A stretch of 64,000 bases of DNA from Paraphysomonas bandaiensis (lineage: Eukaryota > Protista > Chrysophyceae). Under the pieces are notes generated by a model, which did no database searches, was not told the origin of the DNA, and worked only from the letters and a program-made list of their open reading frames with translations. Positions 23,222 to 37,031 of this stretch are shown here, in pieces (position 1 is the first letter of the stretch; the number at the start of each line of letters is the position of its first letter). Location of the stretch: contig CBFFRP010000215.1 in the NCBI GenBank assembly GCA_965644295.1, positions 1 to 64,000 of the forward strand, read 5' to 3'. A program made the position numbers and the translations under genes.

Positions 23222-25656
23222 CTAATGAAAAACTCTTACTCGACCCCGCTTGGTTCCATACAGTATCCCACACCCCGGTACGGGGTGAAACTGGGCTATG
23301 TTGACCTGTAGAAAAATCATATAAAATTAAAACAACAGACACATAACGTTTGAGTAGTCCACAGCGTCACTACTACTCACCTCGTCCACCTCATCTGTCA
23401 TAACACACCTAGATGTCATCGTCTCAAGATCCATAATTTCACAGGCAACTTTTCTACAATACAGTAAGTTCAGATCGAGTCAATGATGCGGTCATTGATA
23501 TGGTGTACTTACACATTGTCGTGGTGCTCTACAACCCCATCCGATCTTACTCCATAGCCAATCAGTCCAAGCCTACGACAATATTAATCACGCACTCAAT
23601 GGCCTAAAAATTGTAGATGTATAAAACTACAAATAATGCGTGGTGTAGAGTAGACAACGCAGGTGTGTTCGTACCGCCCGGAGGGAGAGATTTTCATCGA
23701 GGTCACTGCACGCATGAGACTCCCTTTACAACACAACCATCAGTTAAAAGTAATCCGCAGCAAATACATGTGTACCTGGCAGTGGTTTGGAGCTGACTAG
23801 GGACGGTGCAGGTATGCTTGTATTACTGCTATCAGTGATGCTATCTAACTTGAATAGACACATCCGCTCCTCAACTACCCACCCTGCATACACAAGTCAG
23901 AGGAAAAAAGGGGAAAGTAAAGCATAGGTAGTGAGGTATGAATAGCGTAACACACAATGTATCGCAAAAATACACACCGGGTGGAGGAGGGGAACGCTTG
24001 GGGTCAGCAAACACTATCTCCGAGTCGGAATCCGGGTTGGTGAGCATAGGGGAAAGCGTCCGTGAACAACACACACCACGCCCAATATTATGGTCTAGAA
24101 ACCGTATACTCTATAAAAGAAATAGATAGTCAATCAGTCATGCTCGTAGGAATATGCACATCAAGTACACTCAAATGCACTCCACCTCGGCATGAGACAT
24201 AGTAAATACAACAGATATACAGTGGATTACCTCCAAGGGGTTTCTTGATATATGCGGGGAGTCACTGCAATTATCATCCTCTAAAGACATCTCTGAGTCA
24301 TCTCCACTGCACCGTTCCACTCGAGGCATGATGGGAGTCATATAACGCATAAGTACAGTGGAGGCTGCACTGATAATGCCATGTGATGACCGTTCCTTGC
24401 CATCTGCGGCCTGCACGCTGGCAGGACTACCTTCTCTGATTTGACATGGGGAATTAAAAGCTGTATTGACAAGCACCAGTGCACAGGTAAACATGTATTG
24501 CCCATCGGAAGAGATATCCAATCCTCCGTCAGAGTAGAGATGGACCTGCACGTACATATCAGAACAAATTATCTCTGTGGTCATCTAGGCATACTCAGAC
24601 GCGCAATCACACATTTTTAAGATGATGTAATGAGACTACGAATAGCGGTGATACTCGGTACCTGCGGTATGATATCACTGCACGAATCAAGCGGCATGGG
24701 CTCACGGCAGCGGGAAACATAATCCTGAGTAACTAGGAACGAATACATCCTATACAGTACATTAACAACAGCAGGGACAAGCGCAGTAGTATCTGTAATA
24801 CCGGCAAGGAGTGGACGTGGCATTTGGTAGTCTGGGGGGGTCTGGGGCGGCCGCAAATGCTATCTTCCCAGTTGGATGGAATATGACTGCACGAATGTTT
24901 CTAGAATGCGATAAAAGTGGAATATGTTGCTCCTCGTTCACTCGGGGATGGTACGATCCCGGTCGAACAGTGTGTTTAGGATGTTGCCAATCCCACATAT
25001 GAAGCTGTGGACCACTAGCGACAGCAATATACGGTCCCTCCGGTTGGAAGGCAAGAGATATAATGGAGTACTCCAAACGCACAAAGCTGCGGCAGCATTT
25101 CTGAGCTATGTCCCACACTCTCACCTACGTTTGCAATCACAAAATATGTTATTCAACGCTATTCAGAGAATTAGCGACATAAAGTACCTCACAACCCAGG
25201 CATCCGCTGGCGACAAAGTTCGAGTCACTCGGGTGGAATTTAACAGTCCAAGGAGTGCGGGGATGCCCGTGGAATACATGCACAGGGCTAGCAGCAATAT
25301 GGTTGAAAATTTTAACAGTATGATCGCCATGTGTTGACGCAACTAACTTTCTGTATTCATCATTACACACGCAAGATAACTCAATAACACAATACCCGCA
25401 TGAAGAAACAGAAATCGAGATGGTAGAAAGCACCACATGAGTTTGCAACGGGAAGTCATATGATTCGTGCTGTTGAGAGAAGTGATATGAGAACACTTCA
25501 ACAAAACATACATATCATATATATTCACTCATACATATTCATATATCCATTTCCACTTACATTAGCTGTGAATTTATCTTCCATCATACCGTCAAGAAGG
25601 GCGTTCCCAACTTTCCTCCCAATCATTCTTTGTTCCATGAAATCTACAATATTCAT
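23222..25656 (-). CDS. AMBRA1-like WD40 protein, many exons
   Basis: MNIV....R..G......L..MMEDK; LVASTHGDHTVKI; GHPRTPWTVKFHP...VASGCLG.EVRVWD; C-terminal VNIAQFHPVPG.GILYGTKRG.V. This is the split WD40 layout typical of AMBRA1/DCAF3. Confidence 0.85.
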
Positions 25657-26509
25657 CTTACTAATAAACAATACAAATGAACTCTACTGTCAGTCTCTCT
25701 ATAACAATAATAACAAAATAATTCAATGAAACTCAACAAATTTGTTTAATAATAAGAACGCAACAGACAGTTTCAATTCAAGTGGTATGGAATAAGAAGA
25801 ACATCATATGAGTGATAGCAAATTGCATAAATCAATGATGATAAGAAATAAAGTGAATGAAGGGTTTAATATGAAGCAGAGTGTGTGTATATATATGTAT
25901 GTGTATATGTAGAGAGTGGGGAGTGTGTTGTATATGTAGGAGCAGTATGTATGTCTAATGTAGGTGAAATCTACATACATACACTGCACTGGAATACGCT
26001 GTACCACATTACCAGAAAAATTATTTAGCCCGCACCGCAGGTGCGGGATCCCGCACCCTTGTTTTTACACAAAGGCCGCACAGCAAGTGCGCCCATCGAG
26101 TGATCCAATCAGCAGAGTGCATCATAGCATAGTGCATCATATCACATGCATCGAGTATATGTATATAGTAATATGACGAGGCAGCCATATGCAGCAGATA
26201 CACGTTAATGAGTGCTTGAATGATAGGTGATAACATGTTGCTACCATCTTATTTCATGAAACTGTGAGATGAGATATGCAGTTACTGGACGAGGTTTATA
26301 AGGCTGTATGGAGAGGAACTGTGAAGGGCTGTATATTATGGTATGAAGTGATTTGATATGGATATCAATGATTGAATTCCAGGTGGGAGCATCATGCTCC
26401 CATCATCCTATTTAAAGTGTCAGGTATGTAGAGAGATGAGAAGTGGTACATTTGAAGGAATAGAAGGCTGTATATCATGCATGCACTATGTTGTGTGATG
26501 GTATATGAT

Positions 26510-27443
26510 ATGCTGAATGTTGTCATGGTTTATTATGCTGTTGTAGGCGCAATGACGTTTATACTTACCGGTGCAAGAGGGATGCCTAAGCGACACAAGC
26601 GCCCGGCTGCCCCTGTACCATCTTGCAGTGAATATGTGTCATGTTGTGTAAGGGTATGCAGTATGGCTGTATGTGATAAGAATTCTGAACGGTGTGGAAT
26701 AATAAAATGCTGAAGGCTGTGATGGTTTATTATGCTGTTGTAGGCGCAATGACGTTTATACTTACCGGTGCAAGAGGGATGCCTAAGCGACACAAGCGCC
26801 CGGCTGCCCCTGTTCCATCTTGCAGTGAATATGTGTCATGTTGTGTAAGGGTATGCAGTATGGCTGTATGTGATAAGAATTCTGAACGGTGTGGAATAAT
26901 AAAATGCTGAACGCTGTGATGGTTGATTATACTGTTGTATGCTCTGTAAATAATGATACGATGTATTCCAATTACTAATGAATCATTAATTATAAGGGTA
27001 CAGTATAAAAAGTTGATGGAGTGGTTATAAATGAATACATATAGGCATTCTACAGATTACTAACATCAGACTGTGTCGAATAATAAAATGCTGCACGCTG
27101 TAATGGTTGATTATACTGTTGTATGCTCTGTAAATAATGATACGATGTATTCCAATTACTAATGAATCATTAATTATAAGGGTACATTATAAAAAGTTGA
27201 TGGAGTGGTTATAAATGAATACATATAGGCATTCTACAGATTACTAACATCAGACTGTGTCGAATAATAAAATGCTGAACGCTGTAATGGTTGATTATAC
27301 TGTTGTATGCTCTGTAAATAATGATACGATGTATTCCAATTACTAATGAATCATTAATTATAAGGGTACATTATAAAAAGTTGATGGAGTGGTTATAAAT
27401 GAATACATATATTGGCATTCTACAGATTACTAACATCAGACTG
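26510..27443. repeat. Composite tandem array: 2 x 197 bp then 3 x 184 bp, sharing a ~45-bp core
   Basis: 197-bp units start at 26525 and 26722. 184-bp units start at 26894, 27078 and 27262. Core GAATAATAAAATGCTGAA(C/G)GCTGT(G/A)ATGGTT(T/G)ATTAT(G/A)CTGTTGTA lies at every junction. Confidence 0.92.
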
Positions 27444-28343
27444 AAGTTTCCTTTTCTTTGTCCTTGGAATAATGTTACCATCACTGTCCCTTCGTGCACT
27501 CATTGCATCATATATACTGTTTATGTATTTCTTAGAGGCTTTTTTTTTGGGGTGAAACTTGTCGTAATTTTCCTGACCAAATAAATCAACAATAACACGC
27601 AATTCAACCTTTTCAGCTATGCATTTTAAATTACTCTTCCATTCTCTGTACGAAGTAGACTGACTTGCCATACAGGGTTTCGGCTCATCAAGAAAACGTT
27701 TCTCGTCATCGTACAATAGGCCGAGTCCTTTAGTCAATACTCGATTTAGTTTTTTCTGTTTGTTGACGTTGTCTACCATAGGGTATACAGTAAATCATAG
27801 ATATGTGAAGTATGTCCACTTACCGGAGAAATCAGATGCCCGATGTATAATGTATTCACCTATGCGCTTCATTAGTTCTTTCCCCACTGGACTTGTTTTC
27901 TCTGATATACGCACTCCTTGTGCGATACACCGCTTGATAATATGCTTTGATACTGCCGCTCTCACATCTTTGTACCACAGCTCATTGGAGCTGCTTAATA
28001 ACTCATTTCTTTTAAATCGCTTCGTCAGCGCAGTCTTCGTGTCTGACAAATACTGCCAAGCAGTACCTAGGGTCAAAGGCTTCTTCGTTGTTCCATGGAC
28101 GGCGTGATCGATCAAAAAGCCACCGAAACATTGAAATAGTTCTACATTTATATCACTGTCTATGAGTTCCTTATACCTCTTCTTCCCGTCGAACCGCATC
28201 TCCAAGTACTTCGCAAACTGAGCTAACGCAGAGGAGTTACGATTTTTGGTTTCCCCATCACCGACTTTTCTAATGCCCCCTGTGGTAGTTGATTCCGTGG
28301 TAGTTGATTCCGTGGTAGTTGATTCCGTGGTAGTTGATTCCAT
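27420..28343 (-). CDS. Crypton-like protein: recombinase core-binding N-terminus spliced to a C-terminal tail, no catalytic domain
   Basis: SALAQFAKYL...LFQCFGGFL....L..GTAWQYLS.TK..L...F...WY...R......RCI..G.....K.SP resembles stramenopile Crypton N-termini (recalled). A 51-bp GTAAGT..TAG intron (27773-27823) joins the 119-aa ORF in frame. No R-H-R-Y motifs seen. (ESTTT)x4 at the start. Confidence 0.55.
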
Positions 28344-28937
28344 GCTACTATGATATGTTCTCGCTGTTATTATGTTCTGTATGTATGATACCATGCTGTG
28401 ATGAGAGAGCTCCTCCTTCAACACCCACCTCCCTGGATCTATTACTCACCAGCAACACCATACATACCACTGGTCACTCATCATCACCACTTATATAGTT
28501 CCACACCATTATGGTGCGGGCTTGAGTACGGTACCTTCCACATTTTACAGAAAAATAGAACTCGATCTCCGCAATTTGCTGGATATATTCAGGACATTTG
28601 TGCGTCGAAACTGTGGACTGGCTGTATTCTATGCTCCTGTATTCTGTATACGACACAGGATACTGTTCTCTCTGTAGGATGTACTTGTCCATAGATACAC
28701 GTATGTACAGTATACTGTATATAGAGTACAACACGTCAAAGAAGAGCTACAGAGTACTGCTGTATACAGTAGCATACCATATTCAATAGGCGCTGGGCTA
28801 TGCACAGTACAGTGTAGGTGTGTATATATGATCAGGAAGAAGATCGATTACATTCGAAACTCATCACCAACACTCTTCATTCATTCACACTTGTATCCTC
28901 CAACGACACTAAGTCGAAAAGGATTATTTATCTCTCT

Positions 28938-31900
28938 ATGATGAGCACCTCAGCGACACTGTCTGCAGTGTTTAGCCCTCATAGCGATTGTCTGGAGGTG
29001 GTGGATGAGGTGCAGATAAATACACAGCAACAACAAGGCTGTAATTTATGTGATCTCTTCTTAAGCTGTTTCGACAATGATTCTTCTCTATACAGTAATA
29101 TTCGGCGTCAATTTGGTGATTGTTTATACTCTCAAACGGCCTGGCAAGAAAGCAATTTGAATACTCTATCCAGGGAGGTATCATACAGGCCCAATCACGG
29201 GGATGAGGACGAGCTCATACGCGAGAAGCATCACATTTCTCTTGTTGACTTTGTGGATGGCGAGTGGAAGCATCTTAAACTAACAGTTAGGAGCACTATA
29301 GGCAATTGCGACACATCTCTTGACACTCCAGTCGAGGTAATCTGGCAGTTGTGTTTCAGTGTCCATACTGATGGCTTTGAACTCAAAATTCTCCGCGATG
29401 AAACGACACCAGATAGCGCTAGAAAAATGGTTTGTGATGTAGATACTATTCGATCTGTGGTGGTTGATGAAGTGTCGAATCTGTACCAATCGGAGGTCGA
29501 AAGTGCGGAGACATTGCTACGGCTGGTAGCTTGCTCTACTATAACCGAAACTGCGGATATTCCACTGCAAGCTGCACGAAGTGTTGAGGAGAATTTCAAT
29601 GAGATATTTGCCCGGCAGTCTACTGACACATGTGGAGATGATGATGCTGGATCTAATAGTGGCGACGTTGCAGCAGCTGGACTCCCAGTTACTGTTTCCG
29701 CAGTGGCGGACCCACCCCACTCCCAAGTGTTTGTGGAAGAGTTCATATACTTCTCCATCAAACTTGGTATTCACTTCCGACTACATAACAGTGATATTAT
29801 TGTTGGAGGCATTGAAGACGCTGCTGCTGCGGCTGATGACGATGAGACTTGTCATGCACTAGAGAATAACGATGTTGCCGCTGTACGCGACCGTTGTTCT
29901 CTCGAGGATATAGAGTATTGCAATGCACTCAACATTTCCCGAACCAACCGTCCGCTAGACTGTGCGAAGCCTTCCCAAGCGTCTGAAAATGAGGCGCAAT
30001 CGGAGAATGTTACTGGGCAGATGTCCACTGAGAGCGAGAGGCTTTGGGCTGCTGGGGCAGACGGGATAAAACCCACATACTACATTAGTGGTGTTGTACC
30101 CAGGAGGCCATCTTCCGGCAGAACCCCAGTTGTAGCAACAACACCCTCATCTGCTGGAGTTTCATCGCATGCCCCCGTTAGTGCAGAGTCAGTCCCCACT
30201 GCCACTCTGGCAGGGAGTGACTTTAGTGGTGACCCTAGAAGTCCATCCTCCCGCACCCCTATTGTCACTGCCACTGCGGTCTCCGTTGTGGCTGTGGAGG
30301 TGATCCGTTGCCGATATTATTGCATAAGTTAGTTTATATTATTCTATACTATGTGTATAGGAGGAAGACCCATTTGATGGGATAGAAGAGGTGGTGAAGT
30401 CGGCAACCGCCCCACCTTTTAGAGGTGTCTCACCACTACAACCCGTGGGTCTCAGTGGTAACGCTAAGAGTGATGTGTTTTTACGCAATTAACCTGTCTT
30501 GATGCAGAGGAGTTGCGAGCTGTTCACACAGATAACTCTGTTGCAGAAGACCTTTCAGCTGCTCTCTCCGAGGAAAAGGATGCTACATCTGAACCACTAG
30601 CCGTTGATAATAAATCCCAATCTTATAAAGTACATAATTACGTTTCGTCTGCTCTTGTATCGCACCTGAAATTGAATGCCAATATTTATATATATTTGAA
30701 AGTTCAAGTTTCTACCACTGATAGTTGTCGTATATATAGATATTAGTACAATGTCGCCGCTTTTTGGGTGATGCAAAGAAGGTATGGAAAGTAGACCTCC
30801 AGGTACCTCCTGCTGACCACCATGAGGCTGCGGCCATTGCGTTAGAGCATCTAACCCTATCTCTGGTTGAGAAGTACCACTTGCCCCACCCATACTTGGA
30901 GGCTGTAGAGGTGCCGAATGTGCGACTAGTGGAACTTTCTCGTTTGTCAGTCGAACCTGATGCTGCTGAAGTAGTAATGATGCGAAAAATGACATTGGAG
31001 TATTTCGACTCGGATTTGGAGGAGACGGTTTCGTTAGACGCCGATGCATACGAGGACTTTCTGGCACAGAATAAAAAAATTTTGCACGTGCTGTACGATA
31101 CTGAGGTACGTGTAGCTCTCGTCAGCACTGAGTCGAATAGCACCGACACTGATGGCAAAGTGACGGACTCCGTGGGAAGGGATTCTCCAGATGGCGCATG
31201 CACTGAGGGACAGGAAGAAAGCAAAGAATATATTCAGGAAGAAATTGTCGATAAGGAGTCACCCCCAGCTATAGTGCAGGTGGGGTCTACCCCACAGAAA
31301 GTTGTCATTCACGGTGAAAAAGCATCAGAGTGGAGATGGGTCTCTAAGGGATGTGTAGACGTAGGCCCCAGTGTGGGAAGCCTGCTGGTAGGCGTAAATG
31401 GTGTCCGCATGAAGGGTTTGGATCGGAGTCTGATGCTATCAGTACTTAAACAGCGCACCCGGCCGCTGGTACTGGAGTTTGAACACGAACTTGTTGCAGA
31501 AACCCCGTCTAGTTCTCCACCGGTGTTTAACACTCCTCCCCCGGCTCCTCGCTCGTCCTCCACCGGCAGCAGAAGTAGTGGTAAGAAGACCAACTCGGAT
31601 ACTGGTAGCGAAACACCCAGATCCGCTCGCAAGGATCTTGTTGATGAAGCTGTATCCCGTGACCACACCCGTATTCCTGCGTCAACGTTCCTTGCGAAAT
31701 ACTCCCATCCTGTGGCTAAACCTCTTAGAAAGCAGGTCGAGAAAGTTTTAAAAAACTATCTCCAATGCGACTGGGAAAGCGCCTTGAGGTCAACAGACGG
31801 ACGAGCTGGTCCAGGATCTCCTCAGATGTTTATCACTTCTCTTTACCGCTCCATTGAGAGCGAGCTCGAAAATCTTGGTCTTTTCGACAGTAGCAAGCCT

Positions 31901-34900
31901 CAGGGTGGGGGTATTCCCGTCATGCAAGACACTCACTGGGCTGATGTGAGGGCACATATAGAGAGTATCGTATTTAACTCTATATACGACTTCACTTGGG
32001 GCCTAGCTCCGCCAATGGGAGTTTATGAGGTTTTATCAAATGCCATACCGCCATCGGCAATAGGTAACGAAGGGGCAATACAAGGCTCTGTTACTCAGCG
32101 AGGACTAGTACCACTTCAAACTAAGCTCTCGTACTTGAGCTTTCTTACTCTTCAGAATATGGGGCTAGATATGCCGGAGCAACTTCCGAATCCTGTTGTG
32201 TATTTTCCGCAGATCGAAAGTGTCACACAAGGAAGACGTAGATCAAGTCTATCTGAAGAGTGGCGTCTTGCCTTGAAAGAAATAAGTCGCGCCTGTGAAA
32301 TGAAAAGCCCACTGAAAATTATGCAAAGGTTAAAGGTAGCAATCACTATGGCCACTCATGCACTGGAATCGATGATGTGCCACTCTGATCGCTATTTGTC
32401 CGCATCTTCTTCGGGCGAAGGTGATTTTTCACCATTGCAACCGCCAGAGGATGAAATGAGGGGAGGATGTGGTGATATACTCCGTCGGACGCAAGTTAGG
32501 CGTAGCGGTTTTTACAAGCCTTCAATGCTTGGAGCAGATGAGTTGATGCCTCTTCTCTCCTGGGTCATCATACAGGCCAATCCACCTTTCATTGAGCGTG
32601 CGATATGGCTGTGCGCAGAATTTCGACACCATACGATGCATATGGGAGAATGTGCATATGCTCTAACTCAGATTTCATCTGCTCTGGAATTCGTAAAAGA
32701 GGCTTCATGGCAGAGTTTTGTTATCAGCGAAGATAGGTATATGGCAGGGCTCAAACGATACGAAGCAACGCAAGACCTAATCGATGCATGCAGAAAGGGA
32801 CATAGCAATGATGTGAAGGAACTTTTGCTTCGAGGCGCGAATGTGAACGGTTACAGCCCCGACCAGAGTAATACTCCACTTTCAGTGGCTATCAAACACA
32901 AGCACTTGCATGTTCTGGGGTTGTTGCTGTCACATGGGGACATGGATGTGAACTTGCGTATATCTCCTTACCACTCACCTGCTCATCCTTCGTCAAGCCC
33001 AGATAATCGAACACGAGGGGCAATCGAAGAGAAATCGAAGCAGCTGCGAGACTACACTGCGCTCATGCTGGCAGCTCTTATGGGGAATGTGGAGGTTGTG
33101 GTTTTGTTGTTGGATTCCGGTGCGAATCGATATCTGATGAGTGAGGGGGGTGATACGGCGGCTTCTCTTGCGTATGCTGCTGGTCATAGGGAGGTTGTAC
33201 GGGTCATTCTGGCAGACCCATATCGCATAAGTATTATTAGTGCTATTCGTAACGGTGATGTTTTTTTAACTCGTGGTCTTGCCTGTCAGAGCTCCGTTAA
33301 CCTGAATTGTCTAATTAGTATTGAATGTGCTGGGAATAATAGCACCGGAACTATATTAATGGCCGCTGTTCACGAGCGGAACGTTGACCTTGTGAATGTA
33401 CTAATCAATACGGGACGGTGTCACATCAATGACCGAAACACTCATTCTGAAACGGCACTTATGTGGTGTGGGAAAGCGTCGCCCCGACAGGGGAGTACTG
33501 TATATGCCGCTGGTGACAAAGAGGATGACACTGTCCGAATGGACATGGCCCTAGCTCTACTACGTTGTGGTGCCGACAGATATGCCAGAGATTCTTGGGG
33601 CTGGACCCCATATCTGTGGGCAATGAAAGGTTGCTCCACAGGAGGTAAAAAGCCCCAAATCGATGATTCTACTGAAGACGAATTGCCAGAGTTCTTTGCT
33701 GCTGACGCTGCCGTGTTTCCGCGACTGGCTGCGGTGCTTTACTTTAATCCAGAAAGGCATTCTGTATATGATCTAGCACGGAGACGGAATCTAGATGGTG
33801 TGCGTGCGTTACTGGAACAGGGTGTCTCTGTCAATTCTGCGTGCCCAACTCTTCTATACACTCCGTTAATAGCAGCCGTGCAGAACAAGGATGTGCCCAT
33901 GGTCGAACACCTTCTGCAATATCCGGACTTAGAGGTAAACAAACCCGGCAGGCATCACATGACTGCGCTGCATTACGCTGCACAGAATGGATCTCTTCGA
34001 ATTACCGGCTTGTTGCTGCGCTATGGAGCAGACAGGAGTGCCACGAATGACAACGACTTGACCCCACTGGATTTTGCTGCATCCAGGAACCACGATGAGG
34101 TTATGCTTTGCTTGCGGTACGACCCCAAGAAAGTCTCAATCTGTCTTGCGGCCAAGCATGGCGATTTCAATGTGTTTAGAGCACTTGTTAACCAGGGTGT
34201 ATCAGTTAATGCCAAACTCCGACATGTAAGCGATAAAGGATGTCATCATGAACTAACTTCGCCACTGATCGCTGCTGTATACTACGATCAGTTACAGTTC
34301 ATTAAGAGCATTTTAGAAAATCAGACTGATCTCATTTTGCAAGAGGAAATTGATATTAATATTCGCAATTTCCTTGGTCAGACACCGTTAATGTACGCTG
34401 CATCTAAAGGAAACGAGTCCATTGTTTTATACCTGCTTAAACGCGGCGCCGACAGGTACCTGCGGGATAAAGATGGACTAACCGCTTTTGATTGGGCACA
34501 GAAGGGGGGATACACCAGTGTTTACATGATTTTGCAGTGCGACCCGCAGCTGTCGAGTGTGCACGGGGCAATCAGGGACGGTAGTGTGGAGGCCACAGTA
34601 GCTTTCTTTAAGCAGGCCCCAGACCCGAATCTGCGATGGTTCAGTAGTCATCCCTTCACAGCAGGGGCTACCACCGGCATTTCAGGGGATGCCCCTGTTC
34701 GTGCGGCTGCTGCGAATGTACGTGGTAGATCTGATAGTCTCAACCGTGATATTCTCGACGGCGAACCACCCCTTATCGTTGCTGCTAAGTTTAATCGCAT
34801 CACCATTATAAACATACTTCTCAGAGCACCGGGGATTGATATCGATATCGTCGACACATTCGGCAAAACCCCTATTATGCACGCAGCAGAGAAGGGTCAT

Positions 34901-35588
34901 GAGGAGGCTGTATTGCTCCTGTTGAAGCACAAGGCGAATCGGTACGCCATGGATTACTGTCAGAAGAGGGCCATTCACTACGCCATGGAAGAAATGCATG
35001 ACAGTGTTGTTGCTATCTTGGAGGCGGACCCATACAAAGTGTATATCCACGACGCTTGTGAAGAGGGACAGGTAAGTGTATGCTTTACCGATTTACTAGC
35101 TTGATACATTGTCGTGTTTGTACAGGATAAATTAGTGTTAGCGTTAATGAAGCAGGGGTGCCCTGTTAATTTTCGCGATGAAAGAGCTGGTGAGTGTATT
35201 GGAATATTCGAAACTTTATTTTTATTCTCTCATTTCTAGGGAAGCATAGTCGCACTCCCCTTATGTCAGCATGTTCAAAAGGTCAATTGACGGTGGCCAA
35301 ACTACTCATAAATACACCTGGTGTTGATCTAAATGCACAAGACTCTGATGGCATGACAGCCCTGATGCTCGCGGCCAGAATAGGCGCCCTTGAGGTTTTT
35401 TATCCCAATTGCTATGCCTCTGAGATTTATGATGCTTTTTGCAATATGTGCAGGTCACTGGAGTTTTGATGACTGCGGGGTGTGATAGAAATTTAACAGA
35501 CAAAAAAGGAAGGACAGCAGATAGCCACGCATCTAGTCACGGTTATATGACCATGATTCAGTTCAAAGGTCAGCAGATAGTTAGGTAG
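28938..35588 (+). CDS. Large PDZ-like + VPS9 (Rab GEF) + ankyrin-repeat protein
   Basis: VPS9 motifs GADELMPLLSWVIIQANPP and GECAYALTQISSALEFV. PDZ-like GSLLVGVNG...RPLVLEF. Many ankyrin TPL/TALM..A repeats. Exons joined by GT-AG introns from ~30300 to 35453. Confidence 0.88.
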
Positions 35589-36852
35589 AAACCCGTAGAT
35601 CGAACAACCTACATGTGTCTAATCTTTAGTTTATATTACTCCTTTATGTCTTTAAATATTTTGTAATTCTTTAATATGTCTACTCGTTGAAGTGACCAAT
35701 TATATCATTCGAATTATTACGTATACCTATATTGGCAAAAGATGATTAGTTTCTGCAGCATAGTTCCATAGTTTCAATTCGTATAAATGGTGTACGAAAT
35801 TAAAGCTGTTTATGCTGTGATATAGTACTGAACCTAGTCAAACTGCGGAAATAGGTCGACACTACAAGCAAATCATAGGATTGACCTCTCGGCAATATAA
35901 TAAATGATTCGAACTGGTCAAGTTTTAGGTATTAGTTAAGAGTGTATTATCACAGTAGTTAAACAAAGCGATATAAATAATATTAGCAAACTGTATAAGG
36001 GACGAAATATATAATTTTTGACTAGTTAACTTAGTCATTATTGACCTTAAACTCGTGATTAATAAATGACTAGGTTTTCTATCCACTTGACTAGGTTTTT
36101 ACACCTAATTGGTGTGCTTAGGTAATTCAACCAATTTAACTATACTAAGTTTTATATCTAATGACATTATTGATTAGAAATAGTGAGGTCACTACTAATA
36201 GCATGATTTAATAAATGATCAGAAATGGTTATCACGATTGTACTTAATTGGCAGCAGAGGAAGGAGGAAGTAGTGTGTACAGAGTTCATTTTTCTTACTA
36301 CAAGGGTTATATGGCCAATTACTTATACTCGCAACACTGTCTTTTCTTGTCTGTATCAAATTATTTTATTAAAGGTCAGAAAAATAGCAGTCTAGGAGGA
36401 ATATACAACCGTTGTGACGAAATAGTAGTCATAGTTTCCGTGCATTTACCAAATGACGGTGCTATGCAAATGTTTGAAGCAAAAAACACTGCATTTTTTC
36501 TCCTAATTTAACACGAGAATCACTTATTACTATACAATGCTTGAATATATACTCAGAATACTGCGAAGTATAAAGACTTTAATGAGTAGTCACTAAATGA
36601 TCCAGTGATGATTCTTGTGTCTCATAAATGTTGAGTTTAGCTGTTGAAGCAATTAAAAGCTGTAATTCTAAGGTATTGGAATTATGACCGTTAATCGAAG
36701 AATACAGCAGTGGTTAACAGTATTATGAGAACTAATGTCATGATAGCAGTCATAGTAATGAAACTGAATATAATATAGTGATCATACAAGATAGAAGGTA
36801 TAGTGGCGATGTAAGATTGTACGAGAAATGATTGGTCGTAGATATAACGTGA

Positions 36853-37031
36853 AATTGATGGATGAGAAGAGATGTTGATTATAATTTTATAACAAGCTTA
36901 ATGAGTGAATACACGTCCAGTTAACTTAGTAAATCACCCAATTGATGAATGAGAAGAGATGTTGATTATAATTTTATAACAAGCTTAATGAGTGAATACA
37001 CGTCCAGTTAACTTAGTAAATCATCCAATTG
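36853..37031. repeat. 87-bp tandem duplication
   Basis: Near-identical units start at 36853 and 36940. Confidence 0.92.

Larger units (their letters stand above)
26027..28522 (-). mobile_element. Internally deleted Crypton-like (tyrosine recombinase) element
   Basis: 10-bp inverted repeat AGCCCGCACC (26027-26036) / GGTGCGGGCT (28513-28522) brackets a recombinase-N-terminus-like ORF and a tandem repeat array. Confidence 0.6.

Noticed and set aside
26510-27443. CRISPR-like array
   Set aside because: Spacers are 140-150 bp and duplicated, there are no cas genes, and the context is eukaryotic.
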